Below are positions 38,097 to 47,329 of a stretch of 64,000 nt of DNA, piece after piece. The DNA is from a virus. The notes under the pieces were generated by a model that saw only the letters and a program-made list of their open reading frames with translations, was not told where the DNA came from and did not search any database. The position numbers were made by a program, and so were the translations under genes. Positions within the stretch are counted from its first letter, which is position 1. Every line of letters begins with the position of its first letter. Where the stretch lies: IMG/VR virus record IMGVR_UViG_3300025840_000011. One strand, 5' to 3'.

Positions 38097-39152
38097 ATGA
38101 CTGAAGAAACTAAAGTCGAAGTTGAACTCCACGATGAAGAAATTAACGATATCGTGGAAGAGACTCTCGAAGAGGCGGCTCCTGCTGCTAAGGGTGCAAA
38201 GGGTGATGAAGGGGCCGTAACGGAACCTGAGTCAATCGCATCTGTAGACAAGGCTGCAGACGCCGTTAAATCGCAAGCTCCTGTTCCGAAAACTAAGGCA
38301 GGTATGATCAATGCTATGTTCACTAAGATGAACGGTATGTCTAAGGCAGAAATGTCTAAGATGTATGCATCATACATGGGTGAAGGTGTTGAAGTTGAAG
38401 AAGGTGCGGAAGAAGTGGTTGCTGAAACCATTGACACTACCGCAGAACTGAACGCATTGGTCGAGTCTGAGGCAACACTCAGTGATGAGTTCAAGGCCAA
38501 GACTGCCGTAATTTTCGAAGCTGCTGTGAAGACGAAACTCTCTGAAGAAGTTGAGAGAATCGAAGATCAGTATAAGAGCGAACTTGCCGAAGAGGTATCC
38601 TCTATTAAAGAAGACCTCGTAGGTAAAGTAGACAGCTACCTCAACTACGTTGTTGAGACTTGGATGGAAGAGAACAAAGTTGCAGTTCAGAACGGTCTCC
38701 GTACTGAAATTGCAGAGACGTTCATGAACAAGATGAAGGATCTATTCGTAGAGTCTTACATCGAAGTTCCTGAGTCCAAGTTGGATCTAGTTGACGAACT
38801 GGCTGAACAGGTTGAAGAGTTGGAAGGAAAACTCAACACTCAAACTGGAGACAACATCAAACTTGCAGAACAACTGGAAGTACTCCAACGTGACGCGATC
38901 ATTGCAGAAGCAACTCGTGGAATGGCAGAGACTCAAGTTGAGAAACTGCGTGGTATGGTAGAGTCTGTAGATTTTGATGACGAAGAGTCTTTCAAAACTA
39001 AAGTTCAGACAGTTAAAGAATCTTTCTTTAAGACAGAAAAACCCGTGGTTAGTGAGGAACTCACCGCCGAAGAACCTGAGACTGAAATCGAAGTTTCTTC
39101 TGTGATGGAACAATACCTCGCTGCCATTAAGAAAACTACTCAATCACAGTAA
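38097..39152 (+). CDS. gp22: Prohead scaffold
   Basis: LSDEFK.K...IFEAAV, VDSYLNYVVE.W. Confidence 0.9.
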   Translation: MTEETKVEVELHDEEINDIVEETLEEAAPAAKGAKGDEGAVTEPESIASVDKAADAVKSQAPVPKTKAGMINAMFTKMNGMSKAEMSKMYASYMGEGVEVEEGAEEVVAETIDTTAELNALVESEATLSDEFKAKTAVIFEAAVKTKLSEEVERIEDQYKSELAEEVSSIKEDLVGKVDSYLNYVVETWMEENKVAVQNGLRTEIAETFMNKMKDLFVESYIEVPESKLDLVDELAEQVEELEGKLNTQTGDNIKLAEQLEVLQRDAIIAEATRGMAETQVEKLRGMVESVDFDDEESFKTKVQTVKESFFKTEKPVVSEELTAEEPETEIEVSSVMEQYLAAIKKTTQSQ

Positions 39153-39163
39153 GGAATATCTAA

Positions 39164-40498
39164 ATGAACACTAACTCTTACGATCAATTGATCGAAAAGT
39201 GGAGTCCGGTACTGAACGAAGAGTCTGCTGGTGTGATCGCAGATCGTCACCGCAAGGCCGTTACTGCCGCGATTCTTGAAAACCAAGAACGTGCAATGCG
39301 GGAAGACCGCGCTGCATCCGCTGGGTTCCTCACGGAAGCCGCTCCTGCCAACAACACTACCAGTGCATCGAACTGGGATCCTATTCTGATCTCTCTCGTT
39401 CGTCGCGCTATGCCTAACCTCATGGCATATGACGTATGTGGTGTTCAGCCTATGTCTGGACCTACTGGTCTTATTTTCGCCATGAAGTCTCGTTACGGTG
39501 GTGGTTCTACCTCTAACCGTGAAGCACTGTTCAACGAAGCAGAAACCACATTCTCTGGTGACTCTTCTGGTGTTGCTGCTCACGATAGTGACAACGTATC
39601 TGGTTTCAACGGAATCGCACCTTCTGGTGACTCCGCTGATACTCTTCGTGGTACTAATCTCACTGGTCGCCCAATGTCTACTGCTGATGCAGAAGCCCTT
39701 GGTTCTTCTGGTGCAGGTGCTTTCGAAGAGATGGGTTTCACCATCGAAAAGGCCACGGTGACTGCGAAGTCTCGTGCGTTGAAAGCCGAGTACTCACTTG
39801 AACTCGCACAAGACCTGAAGGCGATTCACGGTCTTGACGCAGAGACAGAATTGGCGAACATTCTGTCAACGGAAATCCTCGCGGAAATCAACCGTGAAGT
39901 TATCCGTACCATCAACTCTCAGGCGAAGACGGGTTGTCTTCAGGCAAACGTTACTAAGAACGGTATCTTTAACCTTTCTTCGGACGCTGATGGTCGTTGG
40001 TCTGCTGAGAAGTTCAAGGGTCTGGTTGTACAACTTGACCGCGAAGCGAACGTAATCGCAAAAGAAACTCGTCGCGGTAAGGGTAACGTAATCATCTGTT
40101 CTTCAGATGTTGCGACTGCTCTGTCTGCTTCTGGTATGTTGGATTACACTCCTGCAATGTCTACTCAACTTCAGGTTGATGACACAGGTAACACCTTCGC
40201 TGGTACATTGAACGGACGCATCAAGGTCTACATCGATCCTTATGCACAAACCGACTATGTAACTGTTGGATATAAGGGTACTAACCCTTATGACTCTGGT
40301 GTTTTCTATTGTCCTTACGTTCCTCTGACTATGGTCAAGGCCGTTGGGGAAGACACTTTCCAACCGAAGATCGGTTTCAAGACTCGTTACGGCATGGCTT
40401 CGAATCCTTTCGTGGGTGCAACACCTGCTGACGGTCTCGCTGCTGCTAAGAGTAACCAGTACTACCGTATCTTCCGTGTGGACAACATCCTCACATAA
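39164..40498 (+). CDS. gp23: Major capsid protein
   Basis: LISLVRRAMPNL, VQPMSGPTGLIFAM, KSRALKAEYS, YCPYVPL, FQPKIGFKTRYG. Confidence 0.97.
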   Translation: MNTNSYDQLIEKWSPVLNEESAGVIADRHRKAVTAAILENQERAMREDRAASAGFLTEAAPANNTTSASNWDPILISLVRRAMPNLMAYDVCGVQPMSGPTGLIFAMKSRYGGGSTSNREALFNEAETTFSGDSSGVAAHDSDNVSGFNGIAPSGDSADTLRGTNLTGRPMSTADAEALGSSGAGAFEEMGFTIEKATVTAKSRALKAEYSLELAQDLKAIHGLDAETELANILSTEILAEINREVIRTINSQAKTGCLQANVTKNGIFNLSSDADGRWSAEKFKGLVVQLDREANVIAKETRRGKGNVIICSSDVATALSASGMLDYTPAMSTQLQVDDTGNTFAGTLNGRIKVYIDPYAQTDYVTVGYKGTNPYDSGVFYCPYVPLTMVKAVGEDTFQPKIGFKTRYGMASNPFVGATPADGLAAAKSNQYYRIFRVDNILT

Positions 40499-40536
40499 GA
40501 TAAAAAATAAAAAGAAACTCGAAAGAGTCATTTTTT

Positions 40537-40564
40537 GGGGGGACGCTGCAGTCCCCCCTTTTTT
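40537..40564 (+). terminator. Intrinsic terminator after gp23
   Basis: ggggggac...gtcccccc followed by a T-run. Confidence 0.85.
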
Positions 40565-40636
40565 ATGCATATATAATAATGGTACGACATGGTAGTCTCC
40601 TAGTGAAAGGAAGCATAACTTAAAGGAGCATGTAGT

Positions 40637-41011
40637 ATGAAATGGTTAATACTAGCGCTAGTGTTGATTCCGTTTTCTGCCCATTCTGAAACGGTAATCA
40701 ATTATGATGATGGATCGACATACACTCTATCCGAAGGCGAGAAAATTTACATCGCCAAACGTAAGTTGTTCACACAGAAAAACTACAATAACGGTAATGT
40801 GTATTTTACACTTCAGAAAGAACATACCAAGAGAGATTATGTTCCCGATCCAGACGGAACCGATGATATGGTAGTGGGTTCTCATGAATGGTGCAAAGCA
40901 TATGTACCGTGGCATGAAGGTCTAACTTTTGATATGATTGCGTGGCAACGTTTCTGTGACACCGATAATGATGGTGACTATGACGAAGACGATGATCGTT
41001 GGAATGAGTAA
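40637..41011 (+). CDS. Secreted/periplasmic hypothetical protein
   Basis: Signal peptide MKWLILALVLIPFSAHS; AGGAG RBS. Confidence 0.7.
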   Translation: MKWLILALVLIPFSAHSETVINYDDGSTYTLSEGEKIYIAKRKLFTQKNYNNGNVYFTLQKEHTKRDYVPDPDGTDDMVVGSHEWCKAYVPWHEGLTFDMIAWQRFCDTDNDGDYDEDDDRWNE

Positions 41012-41012
41012 T

Positions 41013-41042
41013 AAAAAGGGGACTTAACGTCCCCTCTTTTTT
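41013..41042. terminator. Bidirectional terminator
   Basis: A-run, aggggac/gtcccct stem and T-run between convergent genes. Confidence 0.75.
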
Positions 41043-41061
41043 AACCAACTGTTGGTTAAAT

Positions 41062-42300
41062 TTAACCAACTGTTAATTGTTGTTTCTGATCTTGTAACAG
41101 TTTCAAACCAACTTCTTTGAATTCGAAACCAGACTTTTCAAAGAAGAACTCTATCATGTTACGGTCTGCAATATACTTTGGCGAACCGATCCATTGATCA
41201 TGGTCAGAGATTTTTGGGTGATAGACGATACACACTGCCTTCGTGTATCCGTGTTCTTGGTGTGCCTCGAAAAAGTTAGACATGAAGGTCTGAAGCGAAC
41301 CACCAGAACCACTTGTGATAACTTCAACAAATGTCTTGCCGTCTTGGTAAGATGGAATGATCTCTTCGTAAAGTTTTTTCTTGTTGGCACCCTCTCTCCA
41401 CTTGATGTGCTTCTGGCCTAGCAAACTCAGTTCTTCGTTCTCGATTGCTTTCTTCGCCTTGTTGATAGCAGAGTTGATTTGACGTTTGGTGATATTGAAC
41501 TTCTCAAGTGCAAGGATCATTGCATCCGAATCAAGATCGATGTTGTGGTTATAGTAGAGACTCTGTGCAATCTTGGAGAAATCGTCAGATTGGTTTACCT
41601 TTGGTTGAATCTTACCTTCCTGAACATTCAACATCATGCCCAAATATTCGATCTCTGAATCTGTCAGACCTTCCCACATTGACAGGGGAACACGAACTAC
41701 CTCAAGAGTAACACCGTGTTTTGAGTCGTTGGTCGCACGGGTAGAGTGGTTACCACCAATACCAGCAGAACCATCAACACCAAAGTCTCGATCACCTTCT
41801 TCAAAATATCCTTCTAAAAGAACCGCCTGAAGTTTTAACTTCTCTGTGTTCCCGTGTTCCTCATCGATAGCGTTCTGGATATTCTGTTTGTGCGTCCAGT
41901 CATCTTCTGCACGTACTTGAATGAAGGTTGTCTTGACAACCTCAGACGCCATCTCCTGTTCACCCTTCATGTTCTTGATCTCTTCTGCGAGAGTCAGAAC
42001 ACGATCCATATCGAACTTCTTACTGGCGGGTGACCCGTTAGACTTATTAAAAAACATCACATTGGATTTTGCATTTGCTTCACTTAACACTCTATATTCC
42101 TCATTTTGCATTGCACCCCAACTACCAGTACGTAGTATCTCGTAGTCAAAGTCATTATAACTCTCTCTCAAGAGTTGGTTAAATTCTTCACATTTGGAAG
42201 AATGGTTATACCCATCTGAGATCAGACCCTTATGGATGCCAACATACATACGTCCGGTTGGACGGTGCGTATATTGGTATAGGTATGCTTCGTATTTCAT
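41062..42300 (-). CDS. GIY-YIG-like N-terminal domain plus ParB/Srx-like domain protein
   Basis: YLYQYTH...MYVGIH; IQVR...GGNHSTRA resembles the ParB-like DGxHR motif. Confidence 0.5.
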   Translation of the reverse strand: MKYEAYLYQYTHRPTGRMYVGIHKGLISDGYNHSSKCEEFNQLLRESYNDFDYEILRTGSWGAMQNEEYRVLSEANAKSNVMFFNKSNGSPASKKFDMDRVLTLAEEIKNMKGEQEMASEVVKTTFIQVRAEDDWTHKQNIQNAIDEEHGNTEKLKLQAVLLEGYFEEGDRDFGVDGSAGIGGNHSTRATNDSKHGVTLEVVRVPLSMWEGLTDSEIEYLGMMLNVQEGKIQPKVNQSDDFSKIAQSLYYNHNIDLDSDAMILALEKFNITKRQINSAINKAKKAIENEELSLLGQKHIKWREGANKKKLYEEIIPSYQDGKTFVEVITSGSGGSLQTFMSNFFEAHQEHGYTKAVCIVYHPKISDHDQWIGSPKYIADRNMIEFFFEKSGFEFKEVGLKLLQDQKQQLTVG

Positions 42301-42306
42301 GTTTTA

Positions 42307-42335
42307 ATAATAACAAACTGGACACTATTTGTCAA
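42307..42335 (-). promoter_or_regulatory. sigma70-type promoter TTGACA-N17-TATTAT, probably giving a leaderless mRNA
   Basis: The -10 element ends 6 nt before the ATG at 42300; no SD sequence. Confidence 0.55.
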
Positions 42336-43308
42336 GGGCTTTATCCATCTTTTTTGCGAATTCCTCGAAATACTGGTCTTCACTCAGAAGAACCTTGGAG
42401 TAGTTGTTGCGGTACTCTTCCAACTTGTTATCAAAGAAAGTAGGGTCTCGTAACTCTAGGATCTTTTCCTCAAGTTCCTCAAACGTCTGGACTCTCTGCC
42501 AAGGGTCTATGTTATACGTGTTGTCTATGTCATAGTCCTGCCACACAAAGGGGACGATACCAATAGACAACGCCTCTGGATATCGTGACGTAGTGGCGTG
42601 TGGGTCTAACCAGTTGAAACATAGAGTAGACCGTGCGGGTTCTAGTAGAGGATAGAGTTTTCTCCAGTCCTTGATCCACTTGGATTGTCTCTGCACACCC
42701 GAAGGGAATCCGCCGATCATGACGGTAGACAACTGAGACCTATAGATTTTACGGATGGTCTTCTCTCTATCGTTTCCATGTTTCATCCTACCCCAATACC
42801 CAAAGTCCACAGACTTACCTTCGAACATCAAATCGGAGATGGGGTTCTTCAACCTCTGAATGAAGTGATACTTCATACCGTGAATATTTCCACTGAAGTC
42901 TATCTCATCTATGGTCACAAACTTCTTGATGTTTGGCAGGAAACTGCGGTACAGTTCTTCGGTGTCTCCCCTGTCACTACGGAACATCACTACAGTCTTG
43001 CCTTCGAAGTAGGGTGCAATCTTATCAATGTGAGACTGACTCTTCGCCAAGTCTTTGGGGTTCATCTGTAACTCACCGTGATACCGAAACTCACTGTCAC
43101 TTGGTATGACAATAACATCTGCGGACTCAATGGTTTCGGGTGTACGTTTAGGGCGTGTCCCATCAAAGGAACAATTGTACGTATCGTAGTTGTGTTCGGG
43201 GTGCGCCTTCATCCACTTGACGTAGTTCTCGAAGAAACTGTCCAGTACGGTTTCGAGTGGTCCTTCATACTTAACAAAGGATCTCAGTCTTGCGATGGTA
43301 ATGTTCAT
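42325..43308 (-). CDS. T4 beta-glucosyltransferase-like GT-B protein
   Basis: Motif spacing and length resemble T4 BGT as recalled: DFGYWGRMKHGNDRE, TSRYPEAL...DYD, VQTFEELEEKILELR. Confidence 0.6.
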   Translation of the reverse strand: MNITIARLRSFVKYEGPLETVLDSFFENYVKWMKAHPEHNYDTYNCSFDGTRPKRTPETIESADVIVIPSDSEFRYHGELQMNPKDLAKSQSHIDKIAPYFEGKTVVMFRSDRGDTEELYRSFLPNIKKFVTIDEIDFSGNIHGMKYHFIQRLKNPISDLMFEGKSVDFGYWGRMKHGNDREKTIRKIYRSQLSTVMIGGFPSGVQRQSKWIKDWRKLYPLLEPARSTLCFNWLDPHATTSRYPEALSIGIVPFVWQDYDIDNTYNIDPWQRVQTFEELEEKILELRDPTFFDNKLEEYRNNYSKVLLSEDQYFEEFAKKMDKALDK

Positions 43309-44417
43309 CGTATAATATCAATCTCGTTCATGGTGTCCTGATTCCAGACCTCTAGTTCTGTACGGACACGATTTTCATTTTTCAACTTGTCGTAACGTTT
43401 ACTGGCGAGTTTCTTCCACCACGCGATCACGTTATCTAGTTCAAACCTATCAAAGTTTTCTGCCTTGATCAGGTTATCGGTCCTACCCAATAGAACGTCC
43501 CGCACATTAGAGTAACCATACTCACCCATATAAAAACGTTTCTGTGTAGTCACATCACCCGCAGTCGATATCTTATCAACAAATTTGTTGTACGCCTCCG
43601 TGTCATGATGTTTCAGTGATGCCTTGACGATACTCACCATCTTGGTTTGCATCTTTAGTTTACGGGATGACGCACCCTTGTGCACTAACTCCTCACCACC
43701 GTTCTTCTCAGTAAACCAATCCCTCATCTCTGGATAGAAGTCATCCCCTAGAGTCAACAGGAACTTAGATTGTGTGTCGCCCTTGTACCGTAGATAAGGA
43801 CGCATACCATCATACATCGATGCACCCTTGAGGTTACCATACAACGAGGTGGTTTCAAAGAGACAGAACTCTGTATCATATTTGTCATTCAACATTCTGC
43901 GACTATCATGGGAACAACAGATGGCGGCAAGTAACTTACCACCAAGATAGTTAAACCCAAAGGGTTGGGCGGGTACGATGTTGAACCCCATGATTGCACG
44001 TTTGTTGAATATGTCAAGATCCGGTACACCCCCAAGATACTCGTTCCGTGGTTTGGAATTGATTAGAGGAGATCCAAACCGAATGAACCCACATATGGTG
44101 TTGGTGGTTGTTTCTCTGACTACCATCTTTAATGTCTTGCCAGGCGACTCATCCGGAGAGAACGAGGCAGTCTTTTCAAGTAGGGTGTCAAACAACTCGT
44201 GTGGGATTTGTTGGATACGGAAGTCCATATCTTGGGGGTGCAAATCAAACTGTTGGAACAGGTCATCCTCAACGGACATGCCTGGCAACGGTGCGGGGAT
44301 GTTCCTCACACGTTCGATCTTACGTGCACGGAAATAGTCATCGATACGTTCGAAGTCATCGAAGTAATCCATGAGTTTCCACGCTGCGTGAAATGCGTCT
44401 TTCTTTGATAAAATCAT
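43305..44417 (-). CDS. DUF4338 / DruA-like protein
   Basis: GFIRFGSP, VPAQPFGFNYLGGKLLA, ETTSLYG...SMYD motifs. Confidence 0.7.
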   Translation of the reverse strand: MILSKKDAFHAAWKLMDYFDDFERIDDYFRARKIERVRNIPAPLPGMSVEDDLFQQFDLHPQDMDFRIQQIPHELFDTLLEKTASFSPDESPGKTLKMVVRETTTNTICGFIRFGSPLINSKPRNEYLGGVPDLDIFNKRAIMGFNIVPAQPFGFNYLGGKLLAAICCSHDSRRMLNDKYDTEFCLFETTSLYGNLKGASMYDGMRPYLRYKGDTQSKFLLTLGDDFYPEMRDWFTEKNGGEELVHKGASSRKLKMQTKMVSIVKASLKHHDTEAYNKFVDKISTAGDVTTQKRFYMGEYGYSNVRDVLLGRTDNLIKAENFDRFELDNVIAWWKKLASKRYDKLKNENRVRTELEVWNQDTMNEIDIIR

Positions 44418-44439
44418 ATTGAACCTCTAATCATGTACC

Positions 44440-44468
44440 ATTATATAGCATCCAGACAAGTTTGTCAA
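44440..44468 (-). promoter_or_regulatory. sigma70-type promoter TTGACA-N17-TATAAT
   Basis: Perfect consensus on the minus strand upstream of 44417. Confidence 0.8.
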
Positions 44469-44471
44469 GTG

Positions 44472-44479
44472 TATAAATA
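44472..44479 (+). promoter_or_regulatory. Late promoter TATAAATA
   Basis: Exact consensus upstream of gp3, back-to-back with the minus-strand promoter. Confidence 0.8.
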
Positions 44480-44501
44480 GAGGTGTACATAGGAGTGACT
44501 C

Positions 44502-45023
44502 ATGGCGAAATCTACCTTAACCGCAAACAAAAACTTTTTACAACCCACAGGGTTTAGAGTAAGCATCGACAACACGTTGTTCGGTAACGTGCAGTTCTTT
44601 GCACAATCCATATCACATCCGGGCGCTTCCACGAACGCAGTCGAGGTTGGTATACCTAGAGTTACTGGAATCCCATTTTCAGGATCTAAGATAACATATT
44701 CTGACCTTACTGTCAACCTTATTCTTGACGAAGACATGCAGTCCTACACAGAACTACAGAAGTGGATGGAGCGTCTGGTCAACGAGAAAGAGGTTAGGCC
44801 AGGCGATAGGTACAGAGGACAGGTCGAGAAGGATGAAACATATTCCGACATCACGGTTACCATCTTGACCAGTCAGAACAACTCAAACTTGCGAATCAGA
44901 TACAACGATGCGATCATCACTAATCTGGGCAGTTTTGAGTTGAACGCAAACGCAAACGATATTACTTACATTCAATTCCCCGCAACCTTCCGGTTCAGGG
45001 ACTTCGAGATCGTCAAACTATAA
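44502..45023 (+). CDS. gp3: Tail tube terminator / completion protein
   Basis: NFLQPTGF, LDEDM..Y.E...W; lies before uvsY. Confidence 0.8.
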   Translation: MAKSTLTANKNFLQPTGFRVSIDNTLFGNVQFFAQSISHPGASTNAVEVGIPRVTGIPFSGSKITYSDLTVNLILDEDMQSYTELQKWMERLVNEKEVRPGDRYRGQVEKDETYSDITVTILTSQNNSNLRIRYNDAIITNLGSFELNANANDITYIQFPATFRFRDFEIVKL

Positions 45024-45024
45024 C

Positions 45025-45053
45025 TTGACACAACACGACAAAACGGGTATAAT
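45025..45053 (+). promoter_or_regulatory. sigma70-type promoter TTGACA-N17-TATAAT
   Basis: Perfect consensus. Confidence 0.8.
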
Positions 45054-45056
45054 AAT

Positions 45057-45248
45057 ATGGAAATAAACCCAATAGAACCAGCGTCTATGCCAATGAAGTC
45101 ATGGTGGAACGAGGTACAGACACAAAAGGTTCAAAAGAAATTGGTAGAGGGTGGTACTGCAATGCAATACACCATCTATACATATAACCGATATGGACAA
45201 CTGATAGAGTCTGAGGTGAGGGTTCAACAACTTGATATGAGGGCATAG
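45057..45248 (+). CDS. Hypothetical protein
   Basis: Packed ORF abutting uvsY; start codon uncertain. Confidence 0.55.
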   Translation: MEINPIEPASMPMKSWWNEVQTQKVQKKLVEGGTAMQYTIYTYNRYGQLIESEVRVQQLDMRA

Positions 45249-45695
45249 ATGCTAGACCTTGATAATATTTTGAAAGAGTGGGCAGAAGACTGTAAGATCC
45301 CCCAACACCAACTAGATGAAACATCCCGTAACACACCTAGTCTACACGCAAAGTACTTGCAGTACCTATCTTTGACTAAATTGAACCTGAAGAGGGCAGA
45401 ACACTCTCAGAAGGATCTACTCAAAGACAAGTGGTTGTACTACAACGGTAAGATGGATGAGGAAACTCTTCAGTCTAAGAACTGGCATCCGGACCCCTTT
45501 GACGGATTGAAGATTATGAAAGGTGACATGAACTATTACTATGACTCCGATCCTGAGATTCAGAAGTCCGAAGAAAAAATCGTTTACCTTAAAACGATTA
45601 TAGATACTCTGGTCGAGATAGTCGATAGTCTGAAGTGGAGACACCAGACCGTGAAGAACATTATTGAGTGGAGAAAGTTCGATGCCGGAGGTTAA
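45249..45695 (+). CDS. uvsY: Recombination mediator UvsY
   Basis: W..D..I, P.LHAKYL, YYNGK, IKN.IEWRKF..G-like C-terminus. Confidence 0.85.
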   Translation: MLDLDNILKEWAEDCKIPQHQLDETSRNTPSLHAKYLQYLSLTKLNLKRAEHSQKDLLKDKWLYYNGKMDEETLQSKNWHPDPFDGLKIMKGDMNYYYDSDPEIQKSEEKIVYLKTIIDTLVEIVDSLKWRHQTVKNIIEWRKFDAGG

Positions 45696-45697
45696 TC

Positions 45698-45847
45698 GTG
45701 GCGAAGAATTCTAACGTCATTACCAAGAAGGTTATTAATGACGTACACCGCAAGGGTACGTCTATTGGTAATGGTAAAGTCAAGCGCAGTTCCATGAACA
45801 AGGATAAGAAACGTTCCTTCAAGAAGTATCGCGGTCAAGGACGATAG
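45698..45847 (+). CDS. Small basic protein ending KKYRGQGR
   Basis: GTG start with GGAGG RBS; 49 aa; YRGQG terminus recalled from marine T4-like phages; not in the ORF track. Confidence 0.65.
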   Translation: MAKNSNVITKKVINDVHRKGTSIGNGKVKRSSMNKDKKRSFKKYRGQGR

Positions 45848-45850
45848 TTC

Positions 45851-47329
45851 ATGGAAAGTACCATTCGTATTCGGATGTTAGATCATTCGAGAATGGCGGT
45901 TGAGTCTAACCCCGCACAACAACAGGAACTAAGAGATTACTTCTCTTTCTTCGTTCCGGGCTATCGGTTCATGCCTGCATTTAAACGCAAGGTGTGGGAC
46001 GGTAAGGTGCGTCTATATAATCAAGTAAAACGAGAGATACATGTTGGTCTGTATCACCAACTCCGCAAATTTTGTGCAGACCGCATGTACCCTCTCCAGA
46101 TCGTAGAGAATAAAAAATACGGCATTCCCAATGCCAAGAATAAGATTGATCATCAAGGACTAGTCAAGTTTCTTGGGTCATTACAAACCCCGTTCGAGCC
46201 CCGTGACTATCAGTACGATGCGATAACACACGCCATCGAAAACAAGCGGGCCATTCTTCTATCCCCCACAGGTTCGGGTAAGTCGTTCATCATCTATAAT
46301 ACGATGAGGTGGTTCCTTGACAATCACGAAGGCAAGGTTCTTATTGTTGTACCAACAACGTCTCTGGTAGAACAGATGCATCAGGACTTTGCGGACTATG
46401 GTTATGAGTCAGATTTGATTCATAAAATATACAGTGGTAAAGATAAAGAAACAAATAAACGTATTATCATCTCAACATGGCAGTCTATCTACAAGTTGGG
46501 TTCAGAATGGTTCGAACAGTTTCCTTGTATATTCGGAGATGAAGTCCATTTATTCAAGGCAAAATCCTTATCCACTCTCATGGACAAGTGCAGAAATGCG
46601 GAGTATCGTTTTGGGACAACAGGTACACTGGATGGTACTGAGACTAATAAGTTGGTACTAGAAGGATTGTTTGGTCCGGTCTTCAAGGTCACCACTACAG
46701 TACAGTTACAGGAAGACAACACACTTGCAGACCTAGACATCAAGGTCATACTCATGCGTTATCACAACGATGAGTGCCATAAGATGAAGGGTAAAACCTA
46801 TCAGGAAGAAATTGAATATATAGTAACGAACGAGAAAAGAAATAAGTTCATCACGAAGTTGTCCCTTGATCAAGAGGGGAACACTCTGGTACTATTTCAA
46901 TTCGTTGAAAAACATGGAAAGGTTTTGTATGACCTTATCCGTGACTCTGCCGACGAGAACCGAAAAGTATTCTATGTGTCCGGTGAAGTGGCAGCCAATG
47001 ACCGTGAACAGATCCGTGGGATCGTCGAGAAACAGAAAGATGCAATCATCGTGGCAAGCCTTGGAACTTTTTCTACTGGGATTAATATTCGGAATCTGCA
47101 TAATATTGTATTCGCTTCTCCAAGTAAATCTCAGATTAAGGTTCTTCAATCTATCGGAAGAGGGTTACGAAAAAGTGACAATGGGGTTGCTACTAAGCTT
47201 TATGATCTATCAGATGATCTACATTGTAGAGGCTACAAGAACTTTACTCTAAAACATTCCGCCGAAAGAATAAAGATATATACTAGAGAAGGGTTTAAAT
47301 ACAAAGTGTACCCGATTAGTTTGAGATGA
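45851..47329 (+). CDS. uvsW: UvsW helicase
   Basis: WDGK, SPTGSGKS, DEVH, GTTGT, LQSIGRGLR. Confidence 0.95.
   Translation: MESTIRIRMLDHSRMAVESNPAQQQELRDYFSFFVPGYRFMPAFKRKVWDGKVRLYNQVKREIHVGLYHQLRKFCADRMYPLQIVENKKYGIPNAKNKIDHQGLVKFLGSLQTPFEPRDYQYDAITHAIENKRAILLSPTGSGKSFIIYNTMRWFLDNHEGKVLIVVPTTSLVEQMHQDFADYGYESDLIHKIYSGKDKETNKRIIISTWQSIYKLGSEWFEQFPCIFGDEVHLFKAKSLSTLMDKCRNAEYRFGTTGTLDGTETNKLVLEGLFGPVFKVTTTVQLQEDNTLADLDIKVILMRYHNDECHKMKGKTYQEEIEYIVTNEKRNKFITKLSLDQEGNTLVLFQFVEKHGKVLYDLIRDSADENRKVFYVSGEVAANDREQIRGIVEKQKDAIIVASLGTFSTGINIRNLHNIVFASPSKSQIKVLQSIGRGLRKSDNGVATKLYDLSDDLHCRGYKNFTLKHSAERIKIYTREGFKYKVYPISLR

Noticed and set aside
41042-41075. Palindrome ttaaccaac-t-gttggttaa and a partial repeat
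   Set aside because: It is short, adjacent to a terminator and the end of a CDS, and I cannot support a function.
43305-44417. Complete Druantia defence system
   Set aside because: Only a DruA-like domain is present; there is no DruE helicase or other dru gene in the window.
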